Part shown: one piece after another, positions 55,714-64,000 of the stretch
Layout: every line of letters begins with the position of its first letter
Position numbering within the stretch: the first letter of the stretch is position 1
Assembly (NCBI GenBank): GCA_951406725.2
Contig: OX597837.1
Location: 7,874,001 to 7,938,000 of the forward strand
DNA: 64,000 nucleotides
Reading direction: 5' to 3'
Source of the DNA: Octopus vulgaris
Lineage: Eukaryota
Translations under genes and position numbers: made by a program
Notes under the pieces: model-generated
Databases searched by the model: none
What the model saw: only the letters and a program-made list of their open reading frames with translations
Told to the model about the DNA's origin: nothing

Positions 55714-55744
<31 letters not shown>

Positions 55745-55747
<3 letters not shown>

Positions 55748-56298
55748 GCCCTGATGCAGTACCAGACAGTGGCTCTCATGGCTGCTGATCTTAACTGATT
55801 GGAAGTGTTATCATGTACATTGTTTTGTCTTGGTATAAAAGATGGGCTACAGCAAATATTCTGCTCAATACTACAGAAATACTTGTCAGTTGTTTGACCT
55901 TAACCAGTTGAGCATGCCCCTTAGTGGCTGACGATATGTGCTTCTCTGATCATGAGCAGATGTGGGGGAGCATCATAGCCATGTGTTGAGAGGAATTCTT
56001 AGAGGGTTGGATAATTCACCTTTGAAAACATGGGTGTTTCGTTCAGCATCCTTAAACAATCCTTATTCAGGGATCTTTTGAGCGGGATGGATTACTCGAC
56101 CAGAAGAAAATTCTAACCGGGCCCCACCTGCAAGTTCATGTGCTGTTTGTCTTGATATGAGATCACCATGTCGCGCACATATGGTTGTGATGCATGTGCC
56201 TGATGTACCCTTATCATACGGGTAGTCATGATGGGTATACTGGGCTTCACATATTTTACCCCAGTGTCACTTTGATGGCATGCACTGCTCTCTCACTC
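55745..56298 (+). mobile_element. Family E non-coding element in (TAA)n
   Basis: (AAT)n on both sides; homolog at 7837-8336. Confidence 0.8.
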
Positions 56299-56336
<38 letters not shown>

Positions 56337-56337
<1 letters not shown>

Positions 56338-56550
56338 CCTTTCTACTAAAGACACAATGCATGAAATATGAGGAGCGGGCGAAGTCGATTACAACGCCCC
56401 CAGTGCTCAACTGGTACCTATTTTGTCAACCCCCGAAAGGACGAAGGGCAAAGTTGACCTCAACGGAATTTCAACTGAAAACGTAAATACGGACGAAGTA
56501 CCGCTAAGCATTTTGTCCAGTGTGCTAACAATTCTGCCAGCACGCCGCCT
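56337..56550 (-). mobile_element. SINE B2
   Basis: Head, core and B2 tail adjacent to (AAT)n. Confidence 0.8.
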
Positions 56551-57472
56551 TCGGCAGCCCTAGTGATAATAATAATGGATTTGAATTTTGGCATAAGGCC
56601 AGCAAGTTTGGGGGAGGGGGTAAGTCGATTGCATTGACCCACCCCACCCCCGCCCTCCAGGCTCCAACCATTTCAATCTGGTCCACCACACAACCTCTTT
56701 CGTTACAGCCGGCAGATAGATAAATACTGTCTGTCCTTCGCGTGGCCTACTAAATTTACATCCAGTTTCCTTACCGAAGCAGAAGATGATGAAAAAAAAA
56801 AAAAAACTGACGATGGCGGGACTTGAACTCAGTACGCGAAGGTGATGTGACTAAAATACCACAAACCCATCGACCTGATATGAGCCAACTGGAGCAATCA
56901 ATCTAGTCTCAACTGTGAGTCAACTCGTGTAAATTAGACCAGTCTCAGCTATAAGCCAACACGTCTAAATTGCCATAACTTTGAGTCAACTCCACTACAA
57001 AAGAGACTCATCTCTAAACTCGACTCATTTGTGAACCGACTCGACTTGTGAACCGACTCAGTTGTCTGAATCTCGTCTGCAGATTCAGTTGTAGGCACCA
57101 CGACAACTAGAAGCCAGAGTCAGTTGCAGGTAACACAATTAAATTGTTCAGTAATTAGTTAACTGGGTGGCTTACATTTAATAAATTGGTTATGCAAATA
57201 TCCAGATGTTGGCTAATTAGTTAATTAATAAGCAAATTAGCTAGAAATATACAACACAGCTTTCTCGGGTTTAATATTTAGTTTGGTGAAAGAATTAAAT
57301 ATTAAACACAAAGAACCGGCATTTCAATAGCTTGGATCGTGTCACCGGGACCTAGATAATGGAGAGGTGTGCGTCTGTGTGAGGACAGTTAAAGAGTGAG
57401 TGCGTGTGTGCGCTCACCCACGCGTGCGTGCATGCGAGAAAAGGAAAGAGGAAGGAAAGTGTGTGCAACACT

Positions 57473-57693
57473 TATTTCTTTACTACCCACAAGGGGCTAA
57501 ACACAGAGGGGACAAACAAGGACAGACAAACGGATTAAGTCGATTAATATCGACCCCAGTGCGTAACTGGTACTTATTTAATCGACCCCGAAAGGATGAA
57601 AGGCAAAGTCGACCTCGGCGGAATTTGAACTCAGAACGTAGCAGCAGACGAAATACCGCTAAGCATTTAGTCCGGCGTGCTAACGTTTCTGCC
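57473..57693 (-). mobile_element. SINE family B monomer
   Basis: Near-consensus unit; the flank gtgtgtgcaacact recurs at ~57723. Confidence 0.9.
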
Positions 57694-58387
57694 TTGCAAT
57701 CTTATACACACTCTCCTTTCTCGTGTGTGCAACACTTGCAATCTTATACTCACACTCTCCTTTCTCTAACGTCTCAGTATACCTATCAAGTATCAGCGGG
57801 AACGAAAATCGCACTCTTCTTCGCTGTAAGGAGCAGGAGCACTGTAAATCTGGTGAGTGTGTTATCAGATAGCAGTGGTAGAAGTTGTTGCAAGTTGGTG
57901 AATTCAGAGGGGTTAAAACACAGAATTTAACATACATATGTCTATCTACCGACATTCATACATACACAAACACACACACACAAAGATGCAGGCATGTAAA
58001 GTTATATAAACATATGCACACACATCAATATTCAGCAACAATTTATAATACACTTATGCACACAGATGCAAACATCAGCAATAATATCACAACTTCACAC
58101 AGATTGACTCTCTCTCTCTCTTTCACACACACACACACACACACATAGAGAATCATTTAAAATGGTGACCTTTTAGAAATTTCTCCTTCCGCTACCTTCA
58201 CCACTCCAAGTTATCAACAGAACCATTCTCCAGGAAAATACTAACACTTCGTAGAGAACGTATAGCCACACACACACACACACACATACACAAACAAAAC
58301 AAAAAACAATAGTAACGATATAAAAAGATTTAAAAATAAACTTTTGATAGGTTTTATTTTCGTACTATAGAAAATGTCACATGGCAT

Positions 58388-58421
<34 letters not shown>

Positions 58422-58500
58422 GCGTAATGTATGTAGATATACACATACATACACACACTCAAACGTGTGTATTTGTGCACATACACAGAAACACGCACAC

Positions 58501-58537
<37 letters not shown>

Positions 58538-59169
58538 TATATATACACACATATATATACACACACACATATATGCGCGCACACAAAGGCTTTATATTCA
58601 CAATTATTTTCCCTCTAGTAGTGTGTGTGTATATATGTATATGTGTGTGTGTGTGTATTAATGTGTATGTGCATATCTATGACTATGCGTATACGCATAC
58701 ACATTCCTGCACACATACATACATACACATATATACACAGGTGAAGGAGAAGATACAGTGATTACACTAACAATTAACCTGGGGCAACTTTTGGCATTCC
58801 ACCGGCGAAATTCTATTTTGGGACTGAAAAAATCCTTAACCATCATTATTAACACTTTTTGTTCGGCTAATTTTCATTAATATTGATTTAAAGATGCTAA
58901 TTTGTGATAAGTGAAGGCTTTTTTTTTTCTATCATGTAATATTTTTCTATACAAGATTTTGATAGAAAGCTGTTAATGCTATGCAATAGTGTTGTACACG
59001 AGACTAGTATAAGAAATTATGTGATAGTGCCGTGTACAAAACTACTTTAATATAAAGCCGTTAATGATATGCAGTAGTGTTGTATACAAAGACTTTTATT
59101 TATTGAAGAAATTGAGATGGAAGAATGGTAAATGTAGGAGGAAAGTAGGAAGAGTGTTTTGAAACACCA

Positions 59170-59525
59170 ATGCTTAGCGGTATTTCGCCCGCCGCTACGT
59201 TCTGAGTTCAAATTCTGCCGAGGTCGACTTTACCTTTCATCCTTTCGGAGTCGATTAAATAAGTACCAGTTATGCACTGCGGTCGATATAAACGACTCAT
59301 CACCCCCCTCCGCAAAAAAACCGCTGCCCTTGTGGCAAAATTTGAAATTATTATTATTACTATTATTAAGGCGGGGTGCTGACAGAATCATTAGCACGTC
59401 GGAGAAAATACTTAGCGGCATTTCGTCCGACTTTACGTCCTGAGTTCAAATTCCGTCGAGGCCGACTTTACCTTTCATCCTTTCGGGGTCGATAAATTAA
59501 GTACCAGTTGCAATTAAGTACCAGT
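59170..59525 (+). mobile_element. Two older family B copies
   Basis: Core motif present; the first has a B2-like tail with (ATT)n. Confidence 0.8.
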
Positions 59526-59843
59526 TCATAAACAACAGGAATATGACGACTTCAGGGGCAGGGAGAGAATTCCAGAGGTGATGACATTTATGGATAGGAA
59601 AGATTGGCTGAGTAGTGTGGCCGGAACAGGGAGTGATGGACATTATTTGGGTGACGGGGAAGTTTTGGAGGAGAAGAGACGAGAGGTGTCGGGTGGAGTT
59701 GAAACGAGACCAGTAAGCTCTGAAGAGTAGAAAAACTATAACCGTCACCGGAAAGTGACTATGGCTTGGGTACCATGATGTACCAAGTTGTGTGTAGATA
59801 CAGACACCATCTACACAGCGAAATACCAAGTTTATAACAGAAA

Positions 59844-60229
59844 GGCAGTGAGCTGGCAGAATCGTTAGCACGCCGGTCGAAATGCTTTGCGGTATTTCGT
59901 TTGCCGCTACGTTCTGAGTTCAAATTCCGCTGAGGTCGACTTTGCCTTTTATTCTTTCGGGGTCGATAAATTAAGTACCAGTTACGCACTGAGGTCGATG
60001 TAATCGACTTAATCCGTTTGTGTGTCCTTGTTTGTCTCTTCTGTGTATAACCCCTTGTGGGTAGTAAAGAAATAGGTATTTCGTCTGCCGTTACGTTCTG
60101 AGTTCAAATTCCGCTAAGGTCGACTTTGCCTTTCATCCTTTCGGGGTCGATTAAATAAGTACCAGTTACGCACTGAGGTCGATATAATCGACTTCATCCG
60201 TTTGTCCCCTTCTGGGTAGTAAAGAAATA
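59844..60229 (+). mobile_element. SINE family B, head plus two units
   Basis: 22-bp TSD gaaataccaagtttataacaga / gaaataccacgtttatgacaga. Confidence 0.92.
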
Positions 60230-60245
60230 GAAATACCACGTTTAT

Positions 60246-60290
<45 letters not shown>

Positions 60291-60655
60291 TTATTAAACA
60301 TCGAAAGATAAATCCACGATTACTTAGAGATCAATAAAAATAACAGGTTGTTCAACTCCAACATGTTACGAAATGAGGACCAACCTGGATGTATATACAT
60401 CACCGGCTAAATCAATTCATAGAGCGACATTTCAAGAATTATAACACAAAAGCATAAATTTTACACATGGTTCATGCATTATCATGTTCAACAGCTGTTC
60501 CATTAGGATAAACACAATTAAATGTATGATTGAATAACTGTAATACATAATTTAAATTTATAAGCTGCGTTTACTCAATCCAAAGAGACCTGTTCATTTA
60601 GCTAGGCTTCATACTAATAGCAGCCAAATCTCCCCACCTCCAACGACACGGTAAT

Positions 60656-60854
60656 GTTAGCACGCCGGGCGAAATTTCGTCTGCCGTTACGTTCTGAGTT
60701 CAAATTCCGCCGAGGTCGATTTTGCCTTTCATCCTTTCGGGGTCGATAAATTAAGTACCAGTTACGCACTGGGGTCAATGTAATCGACTTAATCCGTTTG
60801 TCTGTCCTTGTTTGTCCTCTCTGTGTTTAGCCCGTTGTGGGTAGTAAAGAAATA
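60656..60854 (+). mobile_element. SINE family B monomer
   Basis: TSD ggtaatgt at 60650-60657 and 60855-60862. Confidence 0.9.
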
Positions 60855-61339
60855 GGTAATGTCTCATATTTTCATGTGCCGATTAGGGTCACGGCATTTA
60901 GCTAGATGTAATAGAAATAGTTGCTAATTCTCCCCCAAATCACACCATACTGTATGTATGTGTGTGTGTATGTTTGTGTATATGTGTGTATGAATCTACG
61001 AGGGAGACGTCGACAAGGTAGGTAGATCTGCTATAAATACCGACTTAATCTTCCTCAAATCACTTACTACACACACACACACACACACACGAACTAATGA
61101 GAGAGAGATTTGCTAGAAATAGTAACCAAATCTCCCTTAGTGACTTAAAAGACGAAGGACACCTGATTAGTAAGCCAGACTGGACAATATAATCAGTCGT
61201 TTGGTGCACTTGAACTGAGAAAAAATATATATACATAATTACACACGTGTGTGTAAAAAAGAAAGTGTGTGTGTGTGTACGCGCACAAATTACGTGTGTG
61301 TTTTTCTTTGAATCTGTATGTGTAAAAGTGTTGATGTAG

Positions 61340-62305
61340 ATGAGATAAAAGTGAAAGATGAGAGGTAGAGAGATTAGAAGACGAAAGAGAGAACAACAAA
61401 GAGAGAGAAAGAGAGACAAGATTAAGCGAGAGAGAATGAAATAGAGATGGATAAATAGAAAAGTGAAATTGAAGTGGGATAAAGAGAAGAGGAAGGGAAA
61501 GAGAGAAGGCAAAAAAGGAAAGAAAGAAAGAGAAGATAAAGGAGAGAAAGATAGAGAGAAGAGAGAGAGAGAGAGAAAAAGAGAGAGAGTCAAGAAAAGA
61601 GAGAGAGAATGAGAGAAGGAAAGGAGAGAGAGAGAGAATGAGAGAAGGAAAGGAGAGAGAGAGAGAGAAGGAAAGGAGAGAGAGAGAGAATGAGAGAAGG
61701 AAAGGAGAGAGAGAGAGAGAAGGAAAGGAAAGAGAGAGAGAGAAGAAAAAGAGATGGATAAAAAGAAAAGTGAAATTGAAGTGGGATAAAGAGAAGAGGA
61801 AGGGAAAGAGAAGAGGAAGGGAAAGAAAGAAAGAGAAGATAAAGGAGGGAAAAGAGAAAAAAGAAAAAGTGAAAAAGGAGAGAGAGAGAGAAGGCGAAAG
61901 AGAGAACAATAAAGAGAGAGAGTCAAGATCAAGCGAGAGAGAATGAGAGAAGGAGAGAGAGAGAAGGAAAGGAAAGGAAAGGAAAGAGAGAGAAGAAAAA
62001 GAGATGGATAAAAAGAAAAGTGAAACGGAAGTGGGATAAAGAAAAAGAGGGAGAGAAGACAAAAAAGGAAAGAAAGAGAAGAGAAAGGAAAGAAAAGAGA
62101 AAGAGAAAAGTGAAAAAGAAGAGAGAGAGAGAGAGGGTGAGAGAAGACTAAGGAGGAGAGAAAGAGACAAAGAGGAAGAAAGAGAGAAAACAAAGAAGGA
62201 CGGAGAAAAAGAAAGAGAAGAAAGGTGAGAAAGAAAATGAAAGAGAAGAAAGGTGAGAAAGAAAATGAAAGAGAAGAAAGGTGAGAAAGAAAAAGAAAGA
62301 AAAAT
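61340..62305. repeat. ~1-kb polypurine (GA-rich) tract with higher-order repeats
   Basis: gagatggataaa..gaaaagtgaaa..gaagtgggataaag occurs three times; source of the 425-aa and 325-aa F/L/S ORFs. Confidence 0.92.
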
Positions 62306-62766
62306 GCGGAAGTACCAAGGTCTCCTTGTACCACCACCGTTGCGCTACTCTATTTTCACATCAACCACTCACGACTTAATCCGCACACACACACACACAC
62401 ACACATAAATCTTGCATTACACACAGACACACCTTTAATTAATCCGAACCAACAGGTATTCAAAATACAAGGTATACATTTACATGTGACAACTTGAATA
62501 ACAAAGAAGCCTTAACGTTGCCATAAGGTTCCACAGTTTTTTTTTTCTTTCTTTTTAATTTTTTTTTTCTATTTCGAAGAAAGGGGAAGAGGAAGGTAGA
62601 GCTGCTTATACAGCTAGCTACAAAGCAACTCGAAAGGGTTCCAACGGTGACCCTTCTGTCTGATTTTTTTTTCTTTGACATTCTTTCTTTCAAAAACAAT
62701 CTGTCTATAGTGTATCTATGGCTACTAGTACATAAAATTATCGAGCAACAATTGAAGTCACTAGAT

Positions 62767-63345
62767 CAGGGGTTTTCAGCCATTTTGTTTTTTTTTTTTA
62801 CCTATGGACCCCTTTCACTACAATTTTATTCCGGTGGACCTACATAATCATTCAATGCTTTTAAAACCTAGTTTTATAGAAACTTCTTTCAAAACTTCTA
62901 TTTTTGCTTTTCACACATTAACTTGGGAAGGTTGAGCGATGTAAAATGTTGGAGAAAGAAACCTAGCTGTCTAGCAGGGGTTTCTCAACAATTGTTTTAC
63001 CTAAGGACCCCTTTCACTACAATTTTATTCTGGTGGACCCACATAACAGTTCAATGCCTTTAAAACCTAGTTTTATAGAAACTTCTTTCAAAACTGCAAT
63101 TTTTATTTTTCACACATTCACTTGTGAAGGTTGAGCGATGTAAAATGCTGGAGAAAGAAACCTAGCTGTTTTTTTTTTTTTTTTGCAATATGTACATCTA
63201 AAGCAGGGGTTTCTCAACAATTGTTTTACCTTTGGACCCCTCTGATTACAATTTTATTTTGGTGGACCCCAACATAGCCATTCAATGCTTAAAATCTAGT
63301 TTTATAGAAACTTCTTTCAAAATCTCTATTTTGTTTTTCACGGTT
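62767..63345 (+). mobile_element. Three tandem copies of a hAT-like left end (~210 bp)
   Basis: Copies begin caggggtttt/caggggtttctcaac at ~62767, 62975 and 63203. Confidence 0.75.
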
Positions 63346-63416
63346 AATAAAGCAGTGAAAACTGAAACCGTGATAAATGAATCACCTGCATAGGCGCAGG
63401 TGTGGCTGCATGGTAA

Positions 63417-63647
63417 GGCGGTGAGCTGGCAAAGACGTTAACACGCCGAGCGAAATGCTTAGCGGTATTTCGTCTGCCGTTACGTTCTGAGTTCAAATTT
63501 CGCCGAGGCCGACTTTGCCTTTCATCCTTTCGGGGTAGATTAAATAAGTACCAGTTACGCACCGGGTTCGATATAATCGACTTGATTCAATTTTCTGTCC
63601 TTGTTTGTCCTCTCTGTGTTTAGCCCCTTGTGGGTAGTAAAGAAATA
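63417..63647 (+). mobile_element. SINE family B inserted in a SINE A head (63393-63700)
   Basis: TSD ggtaag on both sides. Confidence 0.92.
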
Positions 63648-64000
63648 GGTAAGAAGCTTGTTTCTCAAATACATGGTTCTGGGTTCAGTCCCACTGCATG
63701 CCTCCCAATAAACACACACACACAGAGGAGTAAGTACATAAATACAAAACAAAGTGTGGAAAATAGTACTCGAATACCGAAGGTAGAGTAATCTAAGAAA
63801 GTACGCGCACACACATACACCCTTACCAGCGAGAATTGTATGTTAGTGACGACAGAAGAATATTTAAACTTCCGAGACAACGTGAAATAATCTTGGGTGG
63901 GGAGCAATGAATCTCGAAGCACATAAAACTATGAATAATAGCGTGTAAATACTGGGTCCACAATATTCATCTCAGGTGAGAATAAAGTTTCTAAAATGGT

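Noticed and set aside
59527-59760. LINE-like C-terminal motif HLWNSLPA on the minus strand
   Set aside because: A single short motif in a very degenerate context; not enough to assign.
61060-62337. Longest ORFs (425 aa, 325 aa) and all YI/TH/VC/T/V-rich ORFs
   Set aside because: They are translations of GA, TA/CA or trinucleotide microsatellites with no domain content.

Overview
Eukaryotic, very repeat-rich non-coding DNA. It is most consistent with a coleoid cephalopod (Octopus-like) genome, inferred from the microsatellite load and the tRNA-derived SINE families. I found no intact host protein-coding gene, rRNA, tRNA gene or CRISPR array. Almost all ORFs in the track are translations of microsatellites or antisense SINEs. 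The window contains: (i) about 20 copies of a ~400-bp tRNA-derived SINE (here family A), whose 3' tail matches a CR1-like LINE end in the window; (ii) about 20 copies of a second tRNA-derived SINE (family B), which forms in-register 184-bp tandem arrays and mostly joins targets beginning GGT(A); (iii) a third tRNA-headed SINE group (D1/D2); (iv) decayed LINE pieces (R4/Dong-type RLE element in (TAA)n, RTE, two CR1-like); (v) a Penelope-type GIY-YIG fragment and several hammerhead-like relics; (vi) mariner, pogo-like, hAT-like and piggyBac-like MITEs and a non-autonomous Helitron. The most interesting signals are the self-targeting or multimerising behaviour of family B, an apparent composite piggyBac-MITE unit, Penelope-like terminal repeats with hammerhead-like cores, and (TAA)n insertion hotspots. 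Family names A-E are my own labels, and coordinates of decayed copies are approximate.
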